A stretch of 64,000 nucleotides of DNA from Armatimonadota bacterium. Its GTDB lineage: Bacteria; Armatimonadota; UBA5829; DTLH01. Below are positions 21,189 to 32,682 of the stretch, piece after piece. The notes beneath the pieces were generated by a model. It searched no databases. It saw only the letters and a program-made list of their open reading frames with translations, and was not told the origin of the DNA. Both the position numbers and the translations under genes were made by a program. Location of the stretch: the NCBI GenBank assembly GCA_039680575.1, contig JBDKSP010000011.1, positions 15,985-79,984 on the forward strand, given 5' to 3'. Numbering within the stretch: the stretch's first letter is position 1; every line of letters starts with the position of its first letter.

Positions 21189-21249
21189 GAGATGCCGCTC
21201 AATGAATCCTGCAGCGCCTGTTACGAGCGTTTTTATTTTCCGAAAGCAG

Positions 21250-22407
21250 TTACCGCCAGACTCCTGCGGCAACTGCCGACGGCTTGTAGTCCTGCTGTCC
21301 CAGGTATACCTTTTCTACCTGCTCTATCATCCTGTCCAGGCCGAAGAGCGCAGTAACACGTTCCTTGCCTGCTCTGCCCATCGCTTCAACGCGTTCCTCT
21401 TTGAAGATGCTGTAGATCGACGATGCGATAGCGGCAGGATCATGGACAGGAACGATACAGCCGGTGAAACCATCAATTATCGTTTCGCTGATTCCAGATA
21501 CATCGGGAGCGACGACCGGCAGCCCTGCGGCCATTGCTTCAAGCGCTGCAAGAGGGTGTCCTTCCCAGAGTGATGACATTGCGAATACATCGAACGCCGG
21601 GAGGATTTCGGGTATATCGCTTCTGAACCCTGTAAAGATAACCTTGTGAGCTATCCCCAGATCCTGCGCTAGACGTTTTACCTCAGGCAGTTCTTCTCCA
21701 TCCCCAATAAGCACGAAAACTACGTCATCGAGCTGTTTATGCAGGATTGTTGCTGCCCTGACCAGATCACCCAGGTTTTTCTGCTTCGTGAACCGCGCCG
21801 CTGTCCCTACAACGCGGCAGCCGGTCGGGATCATAAGTTTATTTCTGGCGTGGCATTTACTGACGGGTTTTTCGTATTTGGTAAGATCTACCCCGCTGTG
21901 TATGGTAGTTACGCGATAATCGGGGACTCCTTCGTCTATGGTCATCCTCCTGAGATCGCTTGACACCGTGATAATCGTGTCCGTCCAATTAGCAAGCTGC
22001 TTGTCTGACCATTTATATACATACTCAACGGGTTTTCGGACTGCGCTATATCCGTGGATGAGGTCGGTGGACATAGAGTGGACAGTATGGACGATCTTCC
22101 TGCACCCGGCAAGCCTCGCTGCGATCCGCCCGGTAACACCGGCGCGTACTCCGTTGGTATGCACCACATCGAACCCATTTTGTTTTATGGCTTTTGCAAG
22201 GTTGATGATTGTCGGTATGTCCGGGTAGCGATGGTACTCTGCGTGTATGATGGGTATTTCTGCCGCCATGAGGTTCTTATAGAGCTTCTCATGATTGCAG
22301 GATACGGCAACCTCATGTCCTTTTTCCCTCATGCCGACCGCCAGATCGTATACATACCTCGCCTGGCCTCCGAAAGCCGGCGCGCCATCTATCTGAAGAA
22401 TTTTCAT
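21250..22407 (-). CDS. Glycosyltransferase family 4
   Basis: GG..YV, KQKNL, DVFAMSSLWEGHPLAALEAMAAGLPVV. Confidence 0.93.
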   Translation of the reverse strand: MKILQIDGAPAFGGQARYVYDLAVGMREKGHEVAVSCNHEKLYKNLMAAEIPIIHAEYHRYPDIPTIINLAKAIKQNGFDVVHTNGVRAGVTGRIAARLAGCRKIVHTVHSMSTDLIHGYSAVRKPVEYVYKWSDKQLANWTDTIITVSSDLRRMTIDEGVPDYRVTTIHSGVDLTKYEKPVSKCHARNKLMIPTGCRVVGTAARFTKQKNLGDLVRAATILHKQLDDVVFVLIGDGEELPEVKRLAQDLGIAHKVIFTGFRSDIPEILPAFDVFAMSSLWEGHPLAALEAMAAGLPVVAPDVSGISETIIDGFTGCIVPVHDPAAIASSIYSIFKEERVEAMGRAGKERVTALFGLDRMIEQVEKVYLGQQDYKPSAVAAGVWR

Positions 22408-22424
22408 CTGGATTTATCCTTCCC

Positions 22425-23918
22425 TCAGTGCCTGTTTTTGATACCGGGAGCCATGACTGCCGCGATTTTGGATATATCCTCTTTCGTTATTTCACGCATC
22501 GCAGCAAGCGCAAACGCGTAGACCGTAAAAAGGATGACGTAAGTCCCTACCAATTGAAATCCTCGTGCAGGCAGTACTCCCGCGGCGAAATAGACCATCA
22601 TCCCTGATATAATTATTCTGAAAGCGGAGACAGGCGCAATGAGTCCGCCCAGTCTTCCCGCGCAAATCGCGGCGGATGTCAAAAGGCCGACGCCCGCCGT
22701 TGATACCGATGCGATAGCCGCTCCCGTTATCCCAAACTTGGGGATAAATACCATATTGAGCGCAAATGCTATTGCAATCAGGATAGTAGTACCCAAAAGC
22801 GGCGTTCGTATATCGCCAATTGCCACCGATATGTTATAAAGCGCGTGAAGAAACCCGAAAAGCATCAAGCCGGCTGCAAGTATTGCAAGCGCGGGAGCCG
22901 CGGCCATGTATTTATCAGTGTAAAGCATCTCGACTGTACCTGCCGATGTGCCGGACAAGACGGCTGTGACCGGTACCAGCAGCAGCATATGGAGCCTGAG
23001 TGCCTGGCGGACATACTGGTGTATCATTTCGTAATTATTTCTGCTTGCTGCATGTGAGATCGCGGGCAGAGTAGCCGTAGCGATTCCGATCAGTACATAA
23101 AACGGCGCTCGTGCGAGGGTATTGGCGGCTGTGTAGAAGCCGGTGCTTTCCGGCGTTTGCATAAGCGCCTTTACAGCAAACATATCTATGTTGATCAGGA
23201 GTGTAAATCCGATGGAAAGCGCCGCGGTACCGCCTGCGTAACGGATCAGCTTTTTTATAGGATATAGATCGACTTTAGGCAGTGTTCCGGCAAGTATTAC
23301 GGCTACCGCAAGCCCCCCGACGGATGCGAGTATATTTCCGATGATTGCGCCTCGTAATCCGAAACCGAGCATCACCAGAAGAAGTACCGTCCCAACCTTT
23401 GAAATGGCATATGTAAGCATAGCGGCAGATTGCTTCGCATAGTTTCGCTTGCCATTCAATATAGCCGTGTAGCAAAAATAGAACGCATAGACAGGTATAT
23501 CGAGAGATGCGAGCCGGACAAGCCTGGTGAGGTTCGGGTCATGAAGCAGACTTGCGATCCAGGGAGCCGCGATCATTGCAATAACGAATAACAGCGCGCT
23601 GAAAATGAGCTGTCCACGCATCGCGGACCGGGCAATCGAAGTCATCAGGTCTTCCCGCTCTGAGCCGAATTTCCTGATTGCATACGGGAAGCCGCCGGTC
23701 AGAGAGACTTCCATCCATATAAGAAACGCCATGACTATCCCGAACAGACCGTAATCCGCCGGTCCGAGCTTACGCCCGAGGTAAAAATGGACGACATATC
23801 CACCGATCAGGAATGCTGACTGCACTCCGACAAGTGAGATCGTTCCACGGGCAAGACTGTCTTTGCGGCTGGCAGTTATATCAGATGCTTCGACGGCCAT
23901 CTGCTCCTCACATCGCAA
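22425..23918 (-). CDS. Second polysaccharide flippase / MOP-family exporter
   Basis: LGRKLGPADYG, GFYTAA, IPKFGITGAAIA, many TM helices. Confidence 0.85.
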   Translation of the reverse strand: MRCEEQMAVEASDITASRKDSLARGTISLVGVQSAFLIGGYVVHFYLGRKLGPADYGLFGIVMAFLIWMEVSLTGGFPYAIRKFGSEREDLMTSIARSAMRGQLIFSALLFVIAMIAAPWIASLLHDPNLTRLVRLASLDIPVYAFYFCYTAILNGKRNYAKQSAAMLTYAISKVGTVLLLVMLGFGLRGAIIGNILASVGGLAVAVILAGTLPKVDLYPIKKLIRYAGGTAALSIGFTLLINIDMFAVKALMQTPESTGFYTAANTLARAPFYVLIGIATATLPAISHAASRNNYEMIHQYVRQALRLHMLLLVPVTAVLSGTSAGTVEMLYTDKYMAAAPALAILAAGLMLFGFLHALYNISVAIGDIRTPLLGTTILIAIAFALNMVFIPKFGITGAAIASVSTAGVGLLTSAAICAGRLGGLIAPVSAFRIIISGMMVYFAAGVLPARGFQLVGTYVILFTVYAFALAAMREITKEDISKIAAVMAPGIKNRH

Positions 23919-25128
23919 GGATTGCTTTTATTATTTCTTCAGGGTCCGGCGGACATCCGGGTATGTGAATGATGTTTTTCGGTATCTCCTCGTAATTTTC
24001 CAGCAGGTCGCGGGCGCAGTCGCCGCTTATCAGGATCTTCTGGTTTTTCCTGAACTCCGGCATGCGGTTTCCCCGTCCGCGTACGACATCGATCCGTTTG
24101 AAAAACATGTAGTACGCCAGTTTCGGGATGAACATCCAGTATTTCGGGGTCCTTCTGGCAAGCCTGAACGCCTTATGGAACGCCTCATCATCCAGATGGC
24201 ACGCGCGATGGTTTCTCCATACGTATAAGTTGTGGTTTTTCTTCACGTCCTGCGGCGCGGGATCGAATACGGCTGCGAGTGACTCGATGCTCATTCCCCG
24301 TACATCTGTTTCCCATCTTCCAAGTCCCAGACTGATGGCGCGTTTGATGTGCAGGACTTCTTCGGGGTCCGCTCCCATCAGCTTTGCTCCGACGATGTCT
24401 GTTTCTACCATATTTTTACCGACCAGGAGCACCCCCATCGGTTTTGGGTGCCCCAGTATCGGTCCGTTTCCTTCCATCGCCAGTATTCCGTCTACTACGG
24501 TCATATGCGGTCGAACTGCTCTTGCGAGCTGTGCAATCGGCTCATGCAGACCGAGCCGGTGGTACATCTGCCTGTCTTTGAACGAAAGCAGCCCCCACTG
24601 GTTCTTCATAGTGAGCGAAACGGTGGTCCGGTTGTGTGTTTTCAGCTTCGCTACATTGATGTATATGTCAGATTCCAGCATGGGAGTAGGAACGGACATA
24701 TAGCCACAGTAGTAGTTTTGGAGTTCATCATCTTCATAATAATTAGGCAGGTTCCTATAGCCATAGCCGATACTGACATTAGTTCTGAGCGCGTCGAACA
24801 GGTTCAGGAGTCGGGCGTTCTTGCGCTTGGCAAGGTCCGCGTAACCAGTGACTTGAAAAGTCTTTTGGGGGTCGACCCCGAGCGCCGGAGCCTCCGCAAT
24901 CGTGACATCCCGCACTCCCGAATCGTGCAGAAGGTCGATTATGCTTTCCACAACAACGGGATGAACGACAACACCCGTTTCCGGCGCAAAGGCCTGAACG
25001 AGGTTTACTTTGAGGACAGCCTTTCGAGCTCCATCGAAGCTGACCCCGGCTTCCTTCATCCCTTTTGCTATCTCGGATTTGATGGCATCCAGATTGTAAT
25101 GCGATACTGCGCTTAGATATACCGACAT
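23908..25128 (-). CDS. DUF362 domain protein with C-terminal Cys (GDC...GCPP) motif
   Basis: LKVNLV, INVAKLKTH, LTMKNQWG, VVDGILAMEGNGP; C-terminal ISGDCA and IPGCPP; GGAGG RBS before 25128. Confidence 0.85.
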   Translation of the reverse strand: MSVYLSAVSHYNLDAIKSEIAKGMKEAGVSFDGARKAVLKVNLVQAFAPETGVVVHPVVVESIIDLLHDSGVRDVTIAEAPALGVDPQKTFQVTGYADLAKRKNARLLNLFDALRTNVSIGYGYRNLPNYYEDDELQNYYCGYMSVPTPMLESDIYINVAKLKTHNRTTVSLTMKNQWGLLSFKDRQMYHRLGLHEPIAQLARAVRPHMTVVDGILAMEGNGPILGHPKPMGVLLVGKNMVETDIVGAKLMGADPEEVLHIKRAISLGLGRWETDVRGMSIESLAAVFDPAPQDVKKNHNLYVWRNHRACHLDDEAFHKAFRLARRTPKYWMFIPKLAYYMFFKRIDVVRGRGNRMPEFRKNQKILISGDCARDLLENYEEIPKNIIHIPGCPPDPEEIIKAILAM

Positions 25129-25151
25129 CTCACCCTCCAGAAAATCAGCGC

Positions 25152-26267
25152 TTATGACTTGAATGATTGCTTTATCGTTACTGCTCCATTCGGGCACATG
25201 TTTACACACATAAGGCAGCGGGCTTTGCTGCACTGTCCATAGTCCAGTTTTTCAGACTCGATGTCTATGGCATTCACCGGACACGCGGCTGCGCAGGCAT
25301 CGCAATAACTGCACCTTTTCCAGTCGATGACAGGGTGAATACCGAACCTGGAATGAAACCAGGGTATAAGGCTCTTCACTCCGAAATTTGATAAGTAATG
25401 GTCGCTCGCATAGACCGTTGCGTATAAATGCCGGTACAGGTTTTTGCGGAGTTTGCTGCTTCCGGCTGCTATATCTACCGGCTCGACCTCATCGCCGGCT
25501 ATATCGATCAGCGGGGAGCGCCCACGGGCTGCGAGCTTTAGGTGCTTTACATCCGATCTTTCAAACCCCAATAACTTCGAGGCGAACAGGTCCAGAGCGA
25601 GCATATCTGTCGATGCGGCAATTACACCCATGCTCATATATTCTCCATAGACCGCACCCGAGACCGGAATGACCAGCCCTTCCATTACCGACATTACCGG
25701 GCGAAACAGCTTGTAGAGCGCTGCGATTCCGGCATCCAGCCCCTTGGCGTGTACCTCCCGCCTGCTGCTCTTATGAAGCATACCGAAACAGTTCTTGATT
25801 GCCAGGCTCACATCGGTCAGCTTGTGACATTTCATCTTTGGGACGTTTACGATAGCTTCTGACTCTACTGCGGTCGCGGCTATCTTCACTCGCCTGATCC
25901 TTGGGTGGTCGAATGGGACTTCTATATATCTATCCTCTTCGAAGTTTACGACCTCGACCCCAAGCTGTTGGGCGAGGTCTCTTATTCCCAGGATGTCAAA
26001 TGTAGTATAAGAATCATATTCAAAACCTGAACAATCGCCTATTACAGGAGTAGCGCCGGCATCTATGATTTCCTGCACCACTGCAGCCAGAACATCGAAG
26101 TTGGTTACAGCGGCAGGTACCGGCGCGACCAGATTCGGCTTGACCAACACAGTCCAGCCGGGACGGATATTCTCCTTCAGGCCGCCCGATATCGAGATCG
26201 CTTGCCTGCAGGCTGCGACAATATTCTCCGTGCCTTCCCCGACCTTTACAACAGCTACCGTTGCCAT
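25152..26267 (-). CDS. DUF362 domain protein with C-terminal 2x[4Fe-4S] ferredoxin domain
   Basis: VLVKPNLV, VNVPKMKCH, AIKNCFG; CSYCDACAAACP and C..RCLMCVNMCP. Confidence 0.88.
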   Translation of the reverse strand: MATVAVVKVGEGTENIVAACRQAISISGGLKENIRPGWTVLVKPNLVAPVPAAVTNFDVLAAVVQEIIDAGATPVIGDCSGFEYDSYTTFDILGIRDLAQQLGVEVVNFEEDRYIEVPFDHPRIRRVKIAATAVESEAIVNVPKMKCHKLTDVSLAIKNCFGMLHKSSRREVHAKGLDAGIAALYKLFRPVMSVMEGLVIPVSGAVYGEYMSMGVIAASTDMLALDLFASKLLGFERSDVKHLKLAARGRSPLIDIAGDEVEPVDIAAGSSKLRKNLYRHLYATVYASDHYLSNFGVKSLIPWFHSRFGIHPVIDWKRCSYCDACAAACPVNAIDIESEKLDYGQCSKARCLMCVNMCPNGAVTIKQSFKS

Positions 26268-27242
26268 CTATAGGTACCCCTGATCTATGTACCATTCGAC
26301 TGTTTGCTGTATTCCGTCCGAAAGGCTGACCTGTGGTTCAAAACCTAGTGTCTGCTCTGCTTTGGATGTGTCGGATGCATGATCACGGGTGAAAAAGTTT
26401 ACCTGGTATCTGGTCAGAGGCGGCTCATGGTTGAGAATTCCCGCCGCGGCTTCAGCACCGTAAGCTGCAAGTTTCGCAAGGATAACCGGCACATTTTTGC
26501 GTGTAGACCTCAATCCAAGCGTATTGGAGATGACCTTGGCGAGTTCGAAAACCGTAACAGGCCTGGGACCTGCTATGTTGAATATTTCACCGAATGCGGC
26601 AGGGTTCTCCATCGTGATAAGGCATCCACTGACAACATCGTCCACATAGGTAGGGTGAAGCAGGCTTCTTCCGCTGCCGATAAGCGGGAAACGGTCTTCC
26701 TTTATGGCTTTGAACAGCTTGAGCTTGTGCAGATCTCCCGGACCGTAAACGAAGTCCGGCCTTATTACAGTCACGGCAACATGATTATTCTTGTGATAGG
26801 CAAGCGCTGTCTTCTCTCCATCGCATTTGGTGCGCTCGTATAGCGCCGACGGTCTGTAAGGCAGGCATTCCGGCGCAACCCCGGACATACCGACCACACC
26901 GGGGGTGCTGCAGTGTATGACTTGCCGGACGTTATTCCGTTGACAGGCTTCCAGAAGGACTCTAACGGCCTGAACATTGACTTGCCGCATCTCATCGACC
27001 TTTACCGCCTGTCCCCCGAGTTTCGCTGCCAGATTGAAAACCACATCGACATTCCGGCAGGCTGCAGAGACTGATTCAGGATCGACCAGAGAGCCTTTTT
27101 TTATCTCGACACCGTTAGAACTAAGCCTCTCATAGTTGCTGCTCTCACGCACGATAGCACGCACCTCATGTCCCGATCTGAGGAGTGCCTGCACCAGATG
27201 TCCTCCGATAAACCCTGTAGCGCCCGTTACCAGGATCAGCAT
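26268..27242 (-). CDS. NAD-dependent epimerase/dehydratase (extended SDR)
   Basis: ILVTGATGFIG Rossmann motif, YERTK catalytic YxxxK, RP..VYGPGD. Confidence 0.93.
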   Translation of the reverse strand: MLILVTGATGFIGGHLVQALLRSGHEVRAIVRESSNYERLSSNGVEIKKGSLVDPESVSAACRNVDVVFNLAAKLGGQAVKVDEMRQVNVQAVRVLLEACQRNNVRQVIHCSTPGVVGMSGVAPECLPYRPSALYERTKCDGEKTALAYHKNNHVAVTVIRPDFVYGPGDLHKLKLFKAIKEDRFPLIGSGRSLLHPTYVDDVVSGCLITMENPAAFGEIFNIAGPRPVTVFELAKVISNTLGLRSTRKNVPVILAKLAAYGAEAAAGILNHEPPLTRYQVNFFTRDHASDTSKAEQTLGFEPQVSLSDGIQQTVEWYIDQGYL

Positions 27243-28378
27243 CCGGTACCTCCTGCTTCGCTCACAAGGCTCTCTATAGCCTCGACAAGCCTGCTCCAGG
27301 AGAACTCTTCTCTAAAAGCTGATATATTGTCGATGAACTCCCCGGCTTTATCCTCTTCAAAGAACCTGACCACTGCGCGCGCAAGCGCGTATGAGTCCTC
27401 AGGGGACACTACGTACCCTGTTTTTCCATCAATGACGGTCTCGGGCAGCCCTCCGACGTTCGTGGTGACGACAGGCCTGTCGAACCCGTATGCGATCTGC
27501 GCGATTCCGCTCTGTGTGGCGGTGACATAAGGCAGGACAACCAGGTCTGCAGCAGAGAAATACATCCCGACGGCCTCGTTAGGGATATATTCATCCGTAA
27601 TCTTGACGCAGTGATCTATCCCAAGGTCTTTTATCAGCCGAACATACTTCTCTTTACCGTCGTAGAACTCTCCTGCTATGACAAGTACGGCATTTACCGA
27701 TGAAAGGATGGCTGGCATTGCCTCTATCAGATATTTCAACCCCTTATACTCCCGTACGAGGCCGAAGAAGAGTATTACGTTCTGATTTTGGCTCAGTCCC
27801 AGTTCGCGCCGGGCAGTATCCTTCGATATCGGCTGCTTCCTAAACACCTCGTAGGTTGGGTGGCGGGCTTTCCGCACCTGCGCATTTGGCAGAATATCCT
27901 TCAGGTTTATGGTGTCTTCTTCCGAATGAGTAATGAACATGTTTCCCTTGCCCAGGGCATATTTCGTGAAAAGTCTGACCGGTCCGCTCTTTTCGTGCGG
28001 CAGCACATTGTGGCACAGGAACATTACCTTGGTGAATTTGCGGCATAGCGCTGCTAACGACCCGAAAGCCGGTGCAAAAAACGGATGCCACCACTGTATG
28101 ATGACCAATTCGGGTGAATATTCCCGTATTCTTTTCGCCGCGTGTGACCATGACAGAGGGTTCATTGAATCGACGAGCGGTTCGGCTCCTTCAACCACCA
28201 ATTTTACTGCGCTTTCATCCCTTTGGGTCTTGCCGGGAAAAAGCAGCCGGGGATACTGGCGTGACATCGACACAAGCTGCACTTCATGTGACTCCGCAAG
28301 ACTTTTGCAGAGTAATGCAGTGTAGTGTGCGATTCCTCCCCTGAAAGGAAATGAAGGCCCGACAACAATGATACGCAA
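27236..28378 (-). CDS. Glycosyltransferase family 4
   Basis: PFRGGIAHY, FFGLVREYKGL, ADLVVLPY..ATQSG, PVVTTNVGGL. Confidence 0.93.
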   Translation of the reverse strand: MRIIVVGPSFPFRGGIAHYTALLCKSLAESHEVQLVSMSRQYPRLLFPGKTQRDESAVKLVVEGAEPLVDSMNPLSWSHAAKRIREYSPELVIIQWWHPFFAPAFGSLAALCRKFTKVMFLCHNVLPHEKSGPVRLFTKYALGKGNMFITHSEEDTINLKDILPNAQVRKARHPTYEVFRKQPISKDTARRELGLSQNQNVILFFGLVREYKGLKYLIEAMPAILSSVNAVLVIAGEFYDGKEKYVRLIKDLGIDHCVKITDEYIPNEAVGMYFSAADLVVLPYVTATQSGIAQIAYGFDRPVVTTNVGGLPETVIDGKTGYVVSPEDSYALARAVVRFFEEDKAGEFIDNISAFREEFSWSRLVEAIESLVSEAGGTGC

Positions 28379-28435
28379 ATCAGTCCTATGCCCCTGTTTT
28401 TATGATCTATTTGATTGCTTATACCAACATCGATA

Positions 28436-29470
28436 CTATATCCACGGTCTGGCAGCTTCAGATTCCGGATTTTTCTTGCAGATTGCCTGTGCCGATTTGC
28501 CCGTTATCCTGCACACCTGAGATTTCTCGTCCTTGTTCTGGCGCGCGATCATCTCAGCCAGCAACCCATGGGAAACGAACTGTACACCGAGGATCATCAA
28601 AAGGACGCCCAGCATAAGGAGCGGCCTGCGTCCTATCGCCGCGCCTCCGATCCAGATTGCGGCGAGGTATATGTTGACTACAGTCCCGGCGAATAGAAGC
28701 ATCAGGCCTAGAGAGCCGAACAGGTGAAGAGGTTTTGTGGTGTACCGGGTAATGAAGAGTACGGTCAGCAGGTCCAGCAGCCCGCGTGTGAACCTGGCTA
28801 TGCCGTATTTCGACTTCCCGAACTTTCTGCTCCTGTGGTTCACTTTGATCTCAGCCACGCTGAACCCGCTTCCGAACGCCAGCGCCGGGATATAGCGGTG
28901 AAGCTCGCCATAAATTTTGACATTCTCGATGACCTCACGCTTATATGCCTTGAAACCGCAGTTGAAGTCGTGCAGCTTCAATCCGGTGGTCATCGATGCT
29001 ACTTTGTTGAAGAGCTTGGATGGAAGTGTTTTTGAAATAGGGTCCAGCCGCCTGAACTTCCACCCGGAGACCATGTCGAAACCTTCCGAAAGTTTCGAAA
29101 GGAAGTTTGGTATCTCCTTGGGGTCGTCCTGAAGGTCCGCGTCGAGGGTAAAGACAATATCACCGCTCGCTGCCTTAAACCCTTCTGTGAGAGCTGCGGC
29201 TTTACCGAAATTACGGCGCATGTATATGGCTGTGACCCGTGGATCAGTTTCACACAAGCGCGTGAGGATGTCGGCTGATCCGTCTGTGCTTCCATCGTTG
29301 ACAAATATGATCTCATACCTGCAGCCAATGTTGTCCAGCGTGCTCGTTAACTCTTCATAAAGAGTTCCAAGACTCTCTTTTTCGTTGTAGAGTGGGATTA
29401 CTACGGATATTGCCTTTTCCACTGCAGTTTTGTTGGACTCATCAGCGACGTATCCGGCCTGTCTCTCCAC
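28436..29470 (-). CDS. Glycosyltransferase family 2 (ArnC/DPM1-like polyprenol-phosphate glycosyltransferase)
   Basis: SVVIPLYNE, DDGSTD-like NDGSTD, RNFGKAAA, DADLQDDP, two C-terminal TM helices; AAGGAGG RBS before GTG 29470. Confidence 0.92.
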   Translation of the reverse strand: MERQAGYVADESNKTAVEKAISVVIPLYNEKESLGTLYEELTSTLDNIGCRYEIIFVNDGSTDGSADILTRLCETDPRVTAIYMRRNFGKAAALTEGFKAASGDIVFTLDADLQDDPKEIPNFLSKLSEGFDMVSGWKFRRLDPISKTLPSKLFNKVASMTTGLKLHDFNCGFKAYKREVIENVKIYGELHRYIPALAFGSGFSVAEIKVNHRSRKFGKSKYGIARFTRGLLDLLTVLFITRYTTKPLHLFGSLGLMLLFAGTVVNIYLAAIWIGGAAIGRRPLLMLGVLLMILGVQFVSHGLLAEMIARQNKDEKSQVCRITGKSAQAICKKNPESEAARPWI

Positions 29471-29775
29471 TGCTGTTGCCTCCTTGACATAAAAGAACCC
29501 CACCTCTTGATTGAAAACAGATGTGGGGATGTCTTTTCCCCACCATCGCTTCCGAAACTTGAAATACCCACCGATGAGTCGTTAAAAACATCGAAGCCAA
29601 TTTCTTCATGGCATGAGCTTTCAGTGTTAATCTGCCAAAAATGAACATGGTCACAGAAATCGATTCATAGGTTTTCGGCTGACGGTCAATAACCAACCAT
29701 TTGCCGGTAATTGCCGAAAATCCGCTGGAGAGTCTCAGGTGTAAGTCTCGCCTGAACCCATAGACCGTTAATCGA

Positions 29776-31191
29776 GTGGCCGGATTAGGCAGTATGAGTA
29801 GTATGAGCAGCGATTCGTCCGTAGAATCAGATAAGCTCCGAAACTTTCCACAAGGAGCAGGCTTAACCATCAAGCTCGGCTTCTGGGGAGCATTTTTGAT
29901 TGCAACACTGGCGGTATCGGTCGTCGCCAAGCTGCCGTTTACTGCTCCGAGCGCTCAGGCATATATCACGATATGCGCGATGACTTCTGCTGTCTACCTG
30001 GCTGTTTTTACTCATTGCCTGATGCGTCTTGCATACTGCCGATGCCCCAGTTGGTTACTCTACACATCCAGTTTTGCGGCCTTATCGATATCCGGGTTGA
30101 TTGGCGTAGTTCTCAATTTGGGGTTGATAGAAAGTGATATCACGTGGAGGCGGTTGTATCTGCTTAGGTCGGCGTTATTGCCGACAGCTACAACACTCCT
30201 TGTTTTTGCGTCACATGCGCTCAAGGCCAGCACCAGGGGATACCGGTTGAGAACATGGAAAATCAGTGTTTGTGCTGTTTTGGTCGTAGGTTTTCTGGTG
30301 GTAATGTGGCGTACCGGCGTATGGTATTTTACATGCAGCATGATCCGAAGTTCAAATATGGACCCACTCCTGGCGATATACACGGCCTCCGCTGCTACAT
30401 CGATAGTCCTGCTGTATAATGTCAACAAGCTGGCGGGCTCCAGTCCGAATGAAATATTCGTTCCGGTATGCTATTGGAGTGTTGCCATGGTTATCGAATC
30501 AGTGCTGACGCTTATATCCTGGACCTTTTTGGACACTCTACGGTTCAAGATGATGGGAATCGAACTCGCGGGTGTTATGGCAATGCTGATAGGCCTAAGT
30601 ATGGAAAATGAGCGGGCGCATAGAGGCGCAGCCCAGCAAATGTCGGATTTGGAAGCGATGCAAAAGGTTTCCTGGTCACTTGTAGGCGCAGGTGATCTGA
30701 TGGAGCTAATGTCTACTTTTGTTAAAGCTATTTCAGAAGGATTTCAGGATGCGCCGGTCGTGGCGTATCTGGATAAAGAGGATGTTGGAGAGTCACTTAC
30801 CATCGCCGCTGTGACAGGCATCGATGATCCGGCCATATACTTTGGAAAGGTATGCTCTCTCAGACCGGAAAGAAGGCCGGGGTTCCACAATGGTCATACG
30901 GCACGTGCATTTGCGAGTTCCGAGGTCCAGACTGCAAAAGCGGTGTTCTCGGATGTAGAGTTTATGCCCTGGAGAATGGTCGCGCATGAGGACGGAATGG
31001 TAGTGTCGGTACCTCTCCCGTATCAAAACAGGGTGATAGGGGTAGTGAACCTGTTCTTAGCCGGAGCGCGGGATGTTTCAGATGACCGTATAAGACAGTT
31101 GGAAGCTATCGCGGCAGCAGTATCACCAGCCATAGAGAACGCGCGGCTCAGAGTCAGAATAGCTGATGTCAGCCTGGAGCAGGCCGCATAA
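29776..31191 (+). CDS. Multi-pass membrane protein with C-terminal GAF domain
   Basis: About 7-8 hydrophobic segments followed by SVPL...VIGVVNL...QLEAIAAAVSPAIENARL GAF signature. Confidence 0.75.
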   Translation: MAGLGSMSSMSSDSSVESDKLRNFPQGAGLTIKLGFWGAFLIATLAVSVVAKLPFTAPSAQAYITICAMTSAVYLAVFTHCLMRLAYCRCPSWLLYTSSFAALSISGLIGVVLNLGLIESDITWRRLYLLRSALLPTATTLLVFASHALKASTRGYRLRTWKISVCAVLVVGFLVVMWRTGVWYFTCSMIRSSNMDPLLAIYTASAATSIVLLYNVNKLAGSSPNEIFVPVCYWSVAMVIESVLTLISWTFLDTLRFKMMGIELAGVMAMLIGLSMENERAHRGAAQQMSDLEAMQKVSWSLVGAGDLMELMSTFVKAISEGFQDAPVVAYLDKEDVGESLTIAAVTGIDDPAIYFGKVCSLRPERRPGFHNGHTARAFASSEVQTAKAVFSDVEFMPWRMVAHEDGMVVSVPLPYQNRVIGVVNLFLAGARDVSDDRIRQLEAIAAAVSPAIENARLRVRIADVSLEQAA

Positions 31192-31368
31192 TATCTTCGA
31201 AAAACGACCGCGGATATATCCGCAATTTGCTTACTGCTCATCAATTCGCCTCAAACATCGCAAACCGCAGTTTACTTTAAGTCCGCTCGTCTGCTATAAT
31301 CGGGTATCTTTTTGGGCAGGATAAAGTTTAGTGTATCCATTATTGTGGGATGCACTTTTTATTAATGA

Positions 31369-32682
<1,314 letters not shown>

